Under the pieces are notes generated by a model. It saw only the letters and a program-made list of their open reading frames with translations, made no database searches and was not told the origin of the DNA. A stretch of DNA of 64,000 nucleotides from an uncultured Actinomycetes bacterium (lineage in GTDB: Bacteria > Actinomycetota > Thermoleophilia > Gaiellales > Gaiellaceae). This document shows positions 12,393-23,019 of the stretch, piece by piece (position 1 is the stretch's first letter; every line of letters starts with the position of its first letter). The position numbers were made by a program, and so were the translations under genes. Location of the stretch: assembly GCA_963849125.1 (NCBI GenBank), contig CAWKGI010000017.1, forward strand, positions 5,932 through 69,931, given 5' to 3'.

Positions 12393-12911
12393 TCAGGTCC
12401 TGGTCGCGAGCACGTCGGGGCGCGCCGCTCGAATCGACTCCGTGATCTCCGCGACCGTCAGGTGCTCGCTGTCGAGCACCACGTGAACCCCTTCGAGCGA
12501 CGGCATCGCTGCCTGCAGCCGCTCCGTCTCGTCGAGGAGACGGTTCAGACCAAACCACCCGTCGGGCTCGCGAGCGCCGATGCGCTCCCGCAGGGTCGCC
12601 GGATCGGCCTGAAGACGCACCAGCAGGTGGTCGTCCGCACCGAGAGCGGCGAGCACGTCGCCGAGATGCGCCCGTGACTCGATCACCTCGGCCACGACGA
12701 GAAGGCTCGCCCCGGCACGTGCATGGGCATCGCGCCAGACCCGAAGATGCTCGCAACGCTGGGCGAGGCCCGGGAACGGATAGGCCCACGAGATCTCGTC
12801 CACGTCGACGCCGGCGTGAGGAACCCCATCCTCGGCCAACGCATCCAGCAACGCCGTCAGCGTGACGGTCTTGCCGGAACCAGGCGGTCCGGTCACCAGA
12901 ACAGCGAACAC
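12393..12911 (-). CDS. small P-loop NTPase/kinase
   Basis: VLVTGPPGSGKT Walker A. Confidence 0.75.
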   Translation of the reverse strand: MFAVLVTGPPGSGKTVTLTALLDALAEDGVPHAGVDVDEISWAYPFPGLAQRCEHLRVWRDAHARAGASLLVVAEVIESRAHLGDVLAALGADDHLLVRLQADPATLRERIGAREPDGWFGLNRLLDETERLQAAMPSLEGVHVVLDSEHLTVAEITESIRAARPDVLATRT

Positions 12912-12955
12912 GCCGTGAGTGTTCCACCTGCGGCGGCGGCGCCCGATGCTGCTGG

Positions 12956-13022
12956 AACGGAGCGGCGCCGGAGTCGAACCGACCGAGCGTGGGGTTGCCA
13001 CACCGCACAGGTTTTGAAGACC
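12956..13022 (-). repeat. distal att site: displaced 3' part of tRNA-Sec (67-bp direct repeat of 20494-20560)
   Basis: identical AACGGAGCGG...TTTTGAAGACC in both copies; identity stops in the anticodon stem. Confidence 0.9.
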
Positions 13023-13331
13023 GACCTCCTGGGCACGGCCCCAGGCGGCGCGGAGGCTCCAACCTCGACCAACTCGGCCGGTCGATTTCCTCTCGACGGT
13101 GCAGTTCGTCTTGCGTGCAATGTGGCGATGCCGGCGGTCAGCGCCTGGGCTCCCACCAGGCGGTCAGACGATGCCCCCTTGAGCGGTCCCAACGGGAACC
13201 AGATATCCGAGAGCACATTCGAGGGAGGCCCAGCTCGGGCGACAGCACGCTCGCGCATGGGACGTGTACGGGTACCCCCGCGCCCCGAGTTGCCGCGTCC
13301 GTAGCCGCCCCGGAACCCCGGCTGCCCGCGA

Positions 13332-13685
13332 CTATTCGCCTCGGTGAACGATTGGATCTACGTCCTCGTCCCCGGGAGCGGAGGGTTTGCCGTAGTCGAG
13401 TTTCGGCGGAGGGCCGGGAACCTCGTTATCGAACGTCGCCTCCGTCCTCCACGCACCGCCTTCGAGATCGCCTTTGGGGACTCGCTCGTCGTACTCAGCC
13501 GGTGTGCCACCAGCCTGCGCGGGTCGGTCAGGGTTGTCCTGGTCCTCCGGGCCTAGCGGCCCTGAGTCTGCAGACGCCTTCCTTGCGTCGGCCGCTGCTT
13601 CGCGCGGCTGATGTTGTTCGCGAGAGCCTCCCCCGGTCAACCGGCGAATGCGGTCGACCAACCTGGAGGCCAGGTAGTGCGCCAT
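13332..13685 (-). CDS. hypothetical acidic/hydrophilic protein
   Basis: intact 117-aa ORF MAHYLASRLVDR..., preceded by a SigB/SigF-like GGGTTG-N15-GGGTAT promoter. Confidence 0.55.
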   Translation of the reverse strand: MAHYLASRLVDRIRRLTGGGSREQHQPREAAADARKASADSGPLGPEDQDNPDRPAQAGGTPAEYDERVPKGDLEGGAWRTEATFDNEVPGPPPKLDYGKPSAPGDEDVDPIVHRGE

Positions 13686-13750
13686 GCGTGGTTGATACCC
13701 GTCTACGCCGTCAGGCAACCCTGGGCGGAACACGCGCCAACGAACGCGAC

Positions 13751-13930
13751 GTTCGGCACCCCAGGCCCGCCCTCGCCTTCCGGAACCGCCGAACAGGATC
13801 TACCCCAAGTAGGCGAGGGCTGGACGAGTCGCTCTATGTCTTCGCATGACGGCGCGCCCGTGTATGGCCAGCCCTCGCCTACCCGCTCCGAATTTGAGGG
13901 ATACCCGCTACAGCGCCAAAGCATGCAACC
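13751..13930 (-). repeat. copy A of ~180-nt conserved structured element
   Basis: GCATGC-N14-GGGTAT, 15-bp stem GTAGGCGAGGGCTGG/CCAGCCCTCGCCTAC; aligns with copies B and C. Confidence 0.75.
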
Positions 13931-13946
13931 GCACAGGTTCGAGGTG

Positions 13947-14180
13947 TTACTCAGTCACCCCGGCCGCTTCCTGAGCGTGATCGGCCGTCCCGGTTGCTTT
14001 GCACTCCTCGAGCCAGGCCACCACGTCGTCGTGATCAAACCGCACATACCGGCCCAGCCTGACGTGAGGTATCGCCCCTGACCGTGCCGACCGTAAACCG
14101 ACGAGGCGGGCACCGCGAGCAAGCGCGCCAACCTCGTCAGCCGTGAGCAGACGCGTTCCTGCCGTTCCAAGGTCTCCCAT
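13947..14180 (-). CDS. excisionase-like HTH_17 DNA-binding protein, frameshifted
   Basis: LLTADEV...VPASSVY...GAIPHVRLGRYVRFDHDDVVAWLE. Confidence 0.8.
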   Translation of the reverse strand: MGDLGTAGTRLLTADEVGALARGARLVGLRSARSGAIPHVRLGRYVRFDHDDVVAWLEECKATGTADHAQEAAGVTE

Positions 14181-14310
14181 CCGTGGCCGCGATCTTACGA
14201 CGGAACACGGCTCAGATTCGATATGCCACTAGCGCACTGCTCGACCGTGAGGTGATCCTCTGGGCGTTGCACGACGCCCAGGACGAGCTCATCGAGCGAT
14301 GTGCCGTGCT

Positions 14311-14489
14311 GCTTTCGTAGCCAGCCAGACGTGGCCCTCGCCTCTCCCTCATTTGATGTCCGCCTCCCGGAGCTGCCAAAACAAGGTGAGGCTTTCGCAG
14401 CAGGCGAGGGCGGGACGCCCGGCCCTCGCCTGCTCGTTTCGAGCGGATACCCGCGACCGCGCCAACGTATGCAACGCGCCGTGCGGCGC
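14311..14489 (-). repeat. copy B of conserved structured element (inner loop deleted)
   Basis: GCATAC-N14-GGGTAT, 13-bp stem AGCAGGCGAGGGC/GCCCTCGCCTGCT. Confidence 0.75.
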
Positions 14490-14649
14490 TGTTCTGCGTT
14501 GACGGTGTAGCCGAGCTCAACGCTCAGGAGCGGGTGTTGGCAGCCTCGCGCCACGCAAGGGGACTCTTGCGTAGGGACGCAGAGGCGCGGTAGCATTTTC
14601 GGGCGCTCCCGTTCAGGCTCAGTTCTCGGAGGCGGTTCCCCTGCAATTC

Positions 14650-15020
14650 GTTGCCGAAACACTGTTCAGGGCCCTCCGCAACCGCGACTACGCGGTCCTC
14701 CGGCAGTACCTCTCTGACGATTGCGAGTTCTGCGCGTTCTTCACCGACCACGAGACCGTCCACGGCCCGCGAGGCATGCGCTGCTCCGTGAGCGTGGCAA
14801 CCGATGTACCAGCCGCAGCCGCACCACTACACGATGCTCGACGACCGCACGGTGCTGGTCGAGGGCCGTGTGACGGCCCCGGTCCGATCCGGGGGTGGGC
14901 AAACAAAACCGCGGCGTGGCTCCTGACCGTGGATCTACCAAAGCGCAAGGTCACCCGGTTTCGCGCGTTCGCCACGATCGCAGAGGCGAGAGCAGCGCTC
15001 GAGACCACAGACGAACGGGT
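14650..15020 (+). pseudogene. SnoaL/NTF2-like remnant
   Basis: fragments FRALRNRDYAVLRQYLSDDCEF, LDDRTVLVEG, AWLLTV...VTRFRAFATIAEARAAL. Confidence 0.45.
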
Positions 15021-15419
15021 ACCGGAAGCAGAGACTCTCGTGGACACTCTCATGGCAACAACAAGCAGCTGGGCGAAGAGCCGCCGGCGGACTGCTCCTC
15101 GTATACGGCACCGCAGCGCGGGGTACCACTGGCAACGCGGAGGCCAGAGCCAGACACGGGGGAGTCGTCGGGGGTAAGGCCTCCTCGATCGACACGATCC
15201 GGGGATGCTTCGCCGCATTAGCGGCGAGGCCCCTTGGTCGTAGCACGGTTTCGCTCTGCCGGTTGCTCCCCGGCCCGGCGCAGTCATTAGGCTGGTCGGG
15301 CTGGTGTCAGCGACGGCTCGCGGATCGAGTCTCACGAGTTCGCCGGCGAGAGCACTGCGGCGCAGGCGGGTACCCGCTCCTCGAGTGCACTGCTCCAGCG
15401 AAGCGGGTACGGTGACGGT

Positions 15420-16018
15420 GTGGCCGTTGGCGTCGTGTTCGAGACGCACTCGCTGAGTGAGGACAACGAGTTGGGGCGAGCCACAGGCTGGGTCGACGGA
15501 TAGCTGTCCGATCGTGGGCGACGACCTCGCCCGACAGCTTGGCGACCGACGCCGCAACGACGGGATTGCCGCTGACGACGTCTCCGACCTTGGCCGGGCA
15601 GTCGAGACAGCCGAGATCGTTTTCGCCGATACCTCATGCCCATCTTCCGGGAGGAGCGCCTGCGTGAGTGCAACTACGGCCTGCTGAACGGCGTCCCACG
15701 GGAGCAGCTGGATGAAAGACGGGCCAGACTCGCTTGATGAGCGCTTTCCCGAGGGTGAGAGTTGGCGCGAAGCGGTACAGCGAGTAGACGCGTTCCTGCG
15801 TGAACTCACAAGAGACCGGCGACGGAGACCGCGTGCTCGTTATCGGCCATATGGCGACGTGGTACGCCCTCGAAGGCGCCGCGAACGGGACGAGGCTCGA
15901 TGACCTGTTCTACGCGCCGTTTGAGTGGCAAGAGGATTGGGAGTACTCGCTCGCGAGAAAGAGCACGGTAGAAGCGTCGGGTGACATTCCCGAACACTGG
16001 CGCAGGCGGGTGGTCTAG
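15420..16018 (+). pseudogene. histidine phosphatase family remnant
   Basis: FETHSLSEDNE, LRECNYG, FPEGESWREAVQRV, VLVIGHMAT across frames, with an internal stop. Confidence 0.7.
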
Positions 16019-16201
16019 GGTAACGATTAATACTTGAGCCTTATCTACAGCGGTCATCTGGCTGGTCGGGTTGGTCGGCCCTCGCCGAGCCCTAACGACG
16101 ATTGGCGTGCCGGGTCGAACGGGTTCTTGTTCGGCTCGGAGTGCGGGCAGCGGGGGTTCGGGTGGCGGGGCAAGCCGCTGTTACCACAGTCCGCAGTCGG
16201 A

Positions 16202-16513
16202 TCAATGGAGCCTGGTTTCGTCCCAGTCGATCTTTCGCACCGGGAGGTGCTCCAGTGCGGCGAACGGGTCGGTGAGCCCGACAGCCGTCATCGGGCCTCC
16301 CATGTTCTGTCCGAAGTTGAGGTGGTCTTGGTCTGTCGCGAAGACGTTGACGACGACCAGCTCGCCGTTTTCTCCTGCAGCAACAACGGTGGCGGGGAGC
16401 TTGTACGTGCTGCCGAACTCTTCCTGCCAGAGCCTCACCGCCTGCTCCCACCGCGGGAGCACCTCGTCCGCGTCGCCGGCGAACCTGATGATCACCATGG
16501 CTGGCTCGGTCAT
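16202..16513 (-). CDS. hypothetical protein, 103 aa
   Basis: intact ORF with AAGGA RBS. Confidence 0.6.
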   Translation of the reverse strand: MTEPAMVIIRFAGDADEVLPRWEQAVRLWQEEFGSTYKLPATVVAAGENGELVVVNVFATDQDHLNFGQNMGGPMTAVGLTDPFAALEHLPVRKIDWDETRLH

Positions 16514-16649
16514 ATCGTTCAGTTCCTTCCGGTAGGGAAGTGGCCCTGACTTGCGAACCGGTTGAAGTCGTACGGCGACCGAGCCTTCCTAGAAAGGTCT
16601 CGGTCGCTCAGGTGTCGGCGGTGGCCGCCGCTCGTCCGTCTGCCTCGTT

Positions 16650-17033
16650 CGTTCCTGCTGCGCGGCTAGTGGGGTTTGGCGTAGTTCGTGGATCATGGCT
16701 GAAGTCGATCATGACGCAGGCTTCGTGCCGACTGTCCAGGCGTCATGGCCGGGAGCGATGTGAACGGCGTCGCCGGGGCCGCACTCGCCTTCGCTTGCCG
16801 TCGTCCATCACGAAGTGCATCCGTCCGGACACGACGTAGCCGAGATGGGCAGTCTGGAAGCTGTCGGTGCCCGCGATCGGCTGCACGTGCTTCGACCAGC
16901 GCCAGCTCGGGCTCGAACACGCCGCGCCCGACCGGCCCCGGGGTGAGATCGACCAGATGCGCTGCGCCTTTGCCATCCTGGAAGGGCCGTACCCTTCCGG
17001 GCTACCGAGCGACTTGATCTCTAGTGATGCCAT
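16650..17033 (-). pseudogene. cupin domain protein, frameshifted
   Basis: MASLEIKSL.SP, WRWSKHVQPIAGTDS, HLGYVVSGRMH, PGHDAWTVG. Confidence 0.75.
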
Positions 17034-17434
17034 CCGAGCGCCTCCCTCGTGGTCAGAGACGGTTCCGGACTCGCGAGCCTCTCTCGCGTCCGAGACCACG
17101 AGACCGATCGGGCAGAACCGACTGCCGATGATCGAGATCAACCGTGAGCACACGTATAGACCCATGTGGTTGGATGAGTCAAGCGGGCCACCAAACGTCA
17201 CGCCGTCCCGTGACCGCGCGCCGCGAAGCACCTGACCGCTGGCGTGATCACCCGGTGTGCTGACCTGCGTCGGTGCTCGCCTGGCTGAGAGGGGGAGCGC
17301 GACCCTGCACGACGGTCGAGGACGAACAGGGCCGCGCTGCACGCAGGGAAAGGGGGTATCCCTACCTCGTGAACGTTACGGCTGCGCGGTCGGCTCGATA
17401 ACCGGGATAGTCCGTGGAGAGCCGTCGTGGTAAA

Positions 17435-17469
<35 letters not shown>

Positions 17470-17766
17470 GGTTTCTACGGTTTGGTGAGTGTTTAGCTCG
17501 GCTGCGCAGTGGGGGCAGATCATGATCACTTCGAGCCGGTCGCACGGGTCCAGCGACGGCTCTCCAAGCGCGCTCCAGCTGCTGGGTTTCGTGGCTGTAC
17601 CAATCGCACCGCAGCGTCCCGGCACGGTCGAAGGCTCCCCAGCTCTGATCCCCCCATGGGCCTCATTCTCTCCGGCCCTGGCGGTTCGTCAAGTGTTGAC
17701 GGGGCCAAAAGTCTCTCCGCCGAACCTCCGGCAACGGCCGCGATCCTGGTCAGAGGCCGTCTGGAT

Positions 17767-17943
17767 GCGCCGAACGGCGCGTCGCATACGTTGGCGCGGT
17801 CGCGGGTATGACTCGAACGAGTAGGCGAGGGCCGGCTATACACGGGTCGCGGAGCCGTCATGTTGAGCGCGACTGGTCCTGCTCCGCCTGCTCGAAGCCC
17901 CACCCTGTTTGGCGGTTCGAGGGCCGCGCCTGGCCACGAAAGG
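17767..17943 (+). repeat. copy C of conserved structured element (inverted relative to A and B)
   Basis: GCATAC-N14-GGGTAT, stem GAGTAGGCG..GGGCCGG/CCTGCTCCGCCTGCTC with G-T wobbles. Confidence 0.75.
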
Positions 17944-18080
17944 CCGTTCTGTATTGCGCCTAGGTGTGTTCCCGCAGGAGCACGCCATGTAGCTCGGTGA
18001 GCTGGTCGGGCGCGTCGTCCAAGGCCCAGAGAAGCGCTTCGCGGTCGGGCACGGTCAGCGCGACGATCGTCTGCTCGGCG

Positions 18081-18400
18081 TCATATCGGCCGCCTGTCCC
18101 ACCGTACGGCTTCACCGTGAAGGCCAGACCGGCTTGTGGTCCCGGTGATCGAGCGGCATAGATGATGAGTCTGTCGCGTCCAGTCGGGTGACTGTCCCAT
18201 CCGGGCGACCCGGCGCGCGGCGCCGGTGCGTACGCTGATCGCGTAGACATTTCGCGGTCCGTCGCGCTTGGTGACGAACGCGAGAGTACGGCCGTGCGGC
18301 GCCCACCTCGGCCAGCCATCATCGTCTGGTGCGAAGGTCAGCTGGCGCACCCCGCTTCCGCTTTCGTTCATCACGTAGATGTCGGGCCGTCTGACCAATT
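18081..18400 (-). pseudogene. TolB-like PD40 beta-propeller fragment
   Basis: DIYVMNESGSGVRQLT...PRWAPHGRTLAFVTKRDG. Confidence 0.7.
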
Positions 18401-18582
18401 CGAGAAAGCTCGTTGTCGAGATCGTCTCGCTGTGCCGGGCAGAGCGGACTCCGACGCGCGGGTGATCGTCGTCCGCGACGAGCCTCCTCGCCCGGTGATG
18501 GCGACCGCTCTGCGAGGCACCGTCCACTTCGACGTGCCGGAGGACAGCACGAGCCATCCTCCCGGAACGTTGGTCTGGCTGC

Positions 18583-19681
18583 CTAGCGGAGGTCGACCGG
18601 GAACGAAATCAGCCGGCGGGTCGACACTCCGCCGAGGATGGGCTCACCGGTCTTGCGGACGCGTCGCGAAGACGACCAGCAGCTGCCGCTTGTCGGTCGC
18701 CGGGTACCCGCTGAGTCGGCTCATGCGAAGGGTCGCCCATCCGTCGGAGCCTGTGGGCTGCTCGTTCGGGATCGAGAACTGGTTGTAGGGCACGGCGGTG
18801 GCGTAGACGAGCGCGCCCCCCACTGGACCGGCCGCCGCAAGCGGAGACGTGGAGCCTGATCGTGACGCTCTGCGTGTTCCCGCGAACAATCGAGGGCGAG
18901 ATCCGCTGCGCGTCGATCGACAACCGAGCTGGAGTGCCGACCTGGCCGATCGAGATGGCTCCTGTTCCCGCAGGGCAACCGTTGACGGGCGCCGGTGCCG
19001 TGGCGTCTCCGACGACCGCGGTCGGCGTGGAGGTGGCGGTGTCGCTGCCGTCGGCGTTCTCGGCCTGACCCGCACGCGGATCGTGTTTCCCTTGTCGGTG
19101 GTCTTCAGGAGATAGGTGGTGTCGGTCGCACCGGTGATCGTCGAGCATGACCCGCCGTCCTGGTCGCAGCGACGCCAGGCGTAGCTGTACTTCAGGTTGT
19201 CGCCTGACCATGCGCCGCGGTGCGCGGTAAGGGTCGATCCGACCTTGGCGGCGCCGGTGATCGTCGGGGGCGTCGAGTTAGTCGGCTGACTCGCCTCGCG
19301 GATCGCCTTGGTGGCGTTCGATGCAACCGTCTTGGAGCCATCGGCGTTCTTCGCCGTCACGCGCGGATGCGCAACCGCTTGCCCACATCTGCGTTGCCCG
19401 GAACGTAGGCCCGTGTCGTGGCACCGCTGATCGCGGCGTAGTCGGAGCCGTCCGGCTCGCCACCCGTGGTGTCGCAGCGCACCCACTGGAGCGAGAACGT
19501 GGGGCTGCCTGTCCATTGACCGCTCGTCGCCGTCAAGCGCTTCCCGACGACCGGGGTGCCCGTGATCTGCGGCTCAGCGGTGTTAGTTGGAGCTGCCTTG
19601 GTCGCGGCAGCGCCGTAGCCCACGGCCAAGACGAGCGCCGCTACGGCGACGAGGAGAACGTGACGGATGACGCTGGAACAT
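18583..19681 (-). CDS. secreted protein with two Ig-like repeats, frameshifted
   Basis: GGAGG RBS, signal peptide, repeats PTNTAEPQITG..VGKRLTATSGQW and PTNSTPPTITG..VGSTLTAHRGAW...W.RCD. Confidence 0.75.
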
Positions 19682-19743
19682 GACTACCTCCTTATTCGCT
19701 AACTTCGTGGTGCGAACAGTTCGCTATACGAAATGCCTTGCCC

Positions 19744-20110
19744 ATGACTACCCCATCCCGCCACGAACTAGTCCTGATCGCGCGCCTTCGACCCGCGCTC
19801 CGCCCACTTCGCTTCTGCCACCGACGCCGTCACCGAGGCAAACGGCCTCACAGCTCGCCGCTACGACTCCTCGCCGTCCTCCACGCAGCACCCGGTCGTT
19901 GATGCACGGCAACCGCACTGCAAGAGCCTCGGCACGAGCTCGAGCGGCCTCACCGAAGTGGTCACGCGCGCTCAGCGCGCAGGTCGCGTCGACGCTCCAG
20001 GACACGCGACGCACGGGTCGAACGTGTTCGCCGCACGCGGAGGGATCACGCCGCTACCTCATCGCAGTACGTGAACTGCGCTCGGAGCGCACGCGCCTAC
20101 TCGAATACGG
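19744..20110 (+). pseudogene. MarR-family regulator remnant
   Basis: GLTARRYD.LAVLH...SSGLTEVVTRAQRAG...EGSRRY across frames. Confidence 0.5.
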
Positions 20111-20495
20111 TCATCCACAACCTCCGCGAAACCAGCCTCGCGCTCCGAGGCTCCGCGACACCAAGCGCGACCGAACGCACACCCCCGCGCCGCGCCCCAT
20201 CGCCGTCCTCCGACGAGACCAAGGCGTCTGAGGCCCCCGGCGGACTCGCCCTCAAGGCAGTACGATCTTGTCGAGGCCGTTCCAGAGCTGGCCGGTTCCG
20301 GCCGACAGGACGGCCATCTTTAGAGCCGTGCGCGAGCGATGAGACGTTAGTCGGCGCCGTCGGCGTCGCCACATTCGTGCCACAGTCAGCCACCTTCCCG
20401 GGCGGCTCCGGGCGGTCTCAGAGCGGCTTTCCCGGTTGAGGCCTCGGCCGAAGTGGATCCCCGCAAGCCCCGTCGACACGCCGATTTTGGCTTAA

Positions 20496-20588
20496 CGGAG
20501 CGGCGCCGGAGTCGAACCGACCGAGCGTGGGGTTGCCACACCGCACAGGTTTTGAAGACCTGCTGGGCCACCGGGCCCATGCCGCTCC
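20496..20588 (-). tRNA. selC: tRNA-Sec (UCA)
   Basis: 8-bp acceptor GGAGCGGC/GCCGCTCC, 6-bp D-stem, CAGGT-CTTCAAA-ACCTG anticodon arm, long variable arm, GTCGG-TTCGACT-CCGGC T-arm; no encoded CCA. Confidence 0.95.
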
Positions 20589-20729
20589 GCCGCGCAGGCT
20601 ACCCGCAGGTCTGCCGGTGGCTTCGGCTGCCCCGTCCCGCGCGCGGGATCAGCCGAAGCGGGCGCGTGGCAATGCGTGCGCAACGCCCGAGCGCCGAGCG
20701 AACACCGCCGCTCACGCCGGGCATCGCAA

Positions 20730-21245
20730 GAGGACGCGCTACTCGCGGTAGCGTCCAGGCCCTCCACGCCGTGCCGGTGCCGCCGTACTTGCCGCAGTGC
20801 TTGCACCGGAGGAACCGCTCCTCCCCGGCCGTCGCCGTCACGAACTCGTGGACGCCGACGTAGCACCCCAATCGCTTGTGACGGGTCTCGGAGAGGGCCT
20901 CGGCGTTCCTGCTCGCCCGCCGGTCTGCGGCGAGGAAGAGCGCACCGACGACGAGCGGGCCGACGAGGATGCCCACGACCACCGGCGTCGACGCGTCCGT
21001 GCTCGCACCCCCGATCAGCATGATCGGCGACACCAGCCCGAACAGGACGGCGAGCGTCCACCCCGCGTAGGACGGTCGCACCCAGCCGACCAGTCCGATC
21101 ACGACGTTCCCGACGACGAACGGCCAACGATCCAGCGGCGTCCCATCGAGCACGTCGGTTGCGAGCACGATCAGCACCGCACCGGCGAGCAGCGCCTCTG
21201 CGGCGACCTTCAAGACCGTCGAGCGTGACGCGCACCCCGCGCATC
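20730..21245 (-). CDS. hypothetical membrane protein with C-terminal Cys/His knuckle
   Basis: 4 TM segments then CYVGVHEF...RCKHCGK; ends uncertain. Confidence 0.5.
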
Positions 21246-21372
21246 GGTACGCCTCCTTCCACCCCACAGACTGCACCACTGCCGCACGCACGACATCGGC
21301 GCCGACACTGAGTGCGGCGCCCGCAACTACGGCCCACCACCCGTCAGCCGCGCTGGGCGCGGCATCGGGCTC

Positions 21373-22023
21373 TCATCCGGCGAGCGGTGTGCCCGACCAG
21401 CGGACGAAGCGGTGCGACAAGGCGCCGAGACCCAGCCGATAGGCCGTCCCCACGTCGCGGATTCCCGGCGTGACGCAGCGGCGAGCGCCAGGGCGCCGCG
21501 GTTCTCGGGAAGGATCGCCCTCAGGGTCTCCTCGACCCCCTCGGAGACGAGCAGCGCGCACATCGCGTCGTTGCCGGCGATCGCCGTGCCCGCGGCGGCG
21601 GGATGCTCGGGTGCGTCCACATGTCGTAGGCGTACGCGACGGTCGGCGGCAGCGGCAGGTCGAGCCCGAGATGCTCGAGGCGGGCTATCCCGGTCGACAC
21701 CCACCGCACCGATGTGAGCCTTCCGCTCTCGAAGGTCGCGAAGCAGCGGTCGCCACGGGCAGCCCGGCGGCGCGCGAGGGCGACGATTCCCGGCCGCAGA
21801 TCCTCGAAGGCCTCGAGAGCGTCGGGATCGACCCATCGCCCCTCGACGCCCTCGGGCAGGACGCCGGCCGCGCCCGCGATCGGCCGGACGAGCAGCCGCA
21901 GCCGCGCGTAGACCGTCGCGTCGAGCGCCTTCCACAGCGCAACCTGCAGGCCCTCCTCCCGCAGCACCTGCAGGCGCGCCGCAGGCCGGGCACGTCGCCT
22001 CGATACGGATCGGGTTCGGCCAT
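21373..22023 (-). CDS. GNAT-like N-acetyltransferase, frameshifted
   Basis: GDRCFA, AYAYDMWTHP, ILPENRGAL motifs. Confidence 0.6.
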
Positions 22024-22119
22024 CGGCCGAACGGTAATCGTCCCACGTGGCGGACGCGCGGCGGCGTCGGATCGCGGCGCCCGTGACGGACGACCTCCCG
22101 CTGCTGGCAGGATCAGCTC

Positions 22120-22700
22120 GTGGCCCACCTCGACCTGATCGACCCGGACGACGCGACCGGCCCGCTGAAGGACGAGTACGACGCTGCCATCGGGCGTGCG
22201 GGTCGCGTCTACAACATCGTCCGCTCGATGAGCCTCCGCCCCGGTGTCCTCAAGCGCTCGATGGAGATGTACAAGGCGCTCATGTTCGGCCCGTCCGGGC
22301 TCACGCGCCAGGAGCGCGAGCTGCTCGCGACCGTCGTCTCGGCGACGAACGAGTGCCACTACTGACGACGCGCGCATGCCGACGACCTCCGTGCCGAGGG
22401 CGCCTCAGACCGATCTCGCACGACCACGCGGAGCACGACTACCGGCAGTCGACCGACCTCGACGAGCGCACGCGGGCGCTCTGCGACTACGCCCGGCAGC
22501 TCACCCTCGACCCCGCGTCGGTGGGTGCGTCGGAGGCCGACGTGCTCCGCGCGGTCGGTCTCGACGACGTGACGATCCACGACGCGATCCAGGTGATCGC
22601 ATACTTCAACTACATCAACCGCGTCGCGGAGGGCGTCGGCACGGACCCGGAGCCCGACTGGGAGCCGCACACCTACGCGCCGGCCGACCGCACGCCCTAG
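22120..22700 (+). CDS. AhpD/CMD-like peroxidase-related selenoprotein (CxxU)
   Basis: SGLTRQERELLATVVSATNECHY-TGA-RRAHADDLR, then (after one indel) IQVIAYFNYINRVAEGVG. Confidence 0.85.
22384..22401 (+). promoter_or_regulatory. bacterial SECIS element
   Basis: GACCTC-CGTGCC-GAGGGC hairpin with loop GU about 26 nt after the in-frame UGA (22363-22365). Confidence 0.7.
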
Positions 22701-22721
22701 CGGCCCGACGCGCACGCTCTC

Positions 22722-22754
22722 GGGGTCAGGGCTCGCTCCGCGACCCCAGACCCC
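22722..22754. repeat. REP-like hairpin between convergent genes
   Basis: GGGGTC...GACCCCAGACCCC inverted repeat. Confidence 0.45.
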
Positions 22755-22772
22755 ACGGCAGGCGGACGCGGA

Positions 22773-23009
22773 TCAGCTCTTCGGCCGCCTCGTCGCCTTG
22801 CGCGCCTTCGGCCTGACGATGTGCGCGTCGTTACCCGGGAAGAAGATCGACTCATGGCCGTCCTCCCAGCGGACGCGGAAGTGCTCGTGCCCCTCGGCGC
22901 CCAGCACCTCGAGGATCTCGGCCGTCCGTGGGGCATCGCCCACCGTGTGGCCGGTGATCTCGATGATGTCGCCCACGGATGCGGGCTTGCCCTGCATGGT
23001 CTTCGGCAT
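22773..23009 (-). CDS. DUF1918 domain protein
   Basis: ASVGDIIEITGHTVG...EILEV.G..G..HFRVRWEDGHESIFFPG; strong GGAGGAGG RBS. Confidence 0.85.
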   Translation of the reverse strand: MPKTMQGKPASVGDIIEITGHTVGDAPRTAEILEVLGAEGHEHFRVRWEDGHESIFFPGNDAHIVRPKARKATRRPKS

Positions 23010-23019
23010 CGTCTCCTCC

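Noticed and set aside
13741..13755. SOS-box-like CGAAC-N5-GTTCG (also GAAC-N2-GTTC near 16117 and 20020)
   Set aside because: Spacing differs from the required N4
17733..17949. Copy C of the repeated element as 6S RNA
   Set aside because: The 3' part loosely recalls 6S and the ends can pair, but the closing stem is not evident in copy B; not called without a cmsearch
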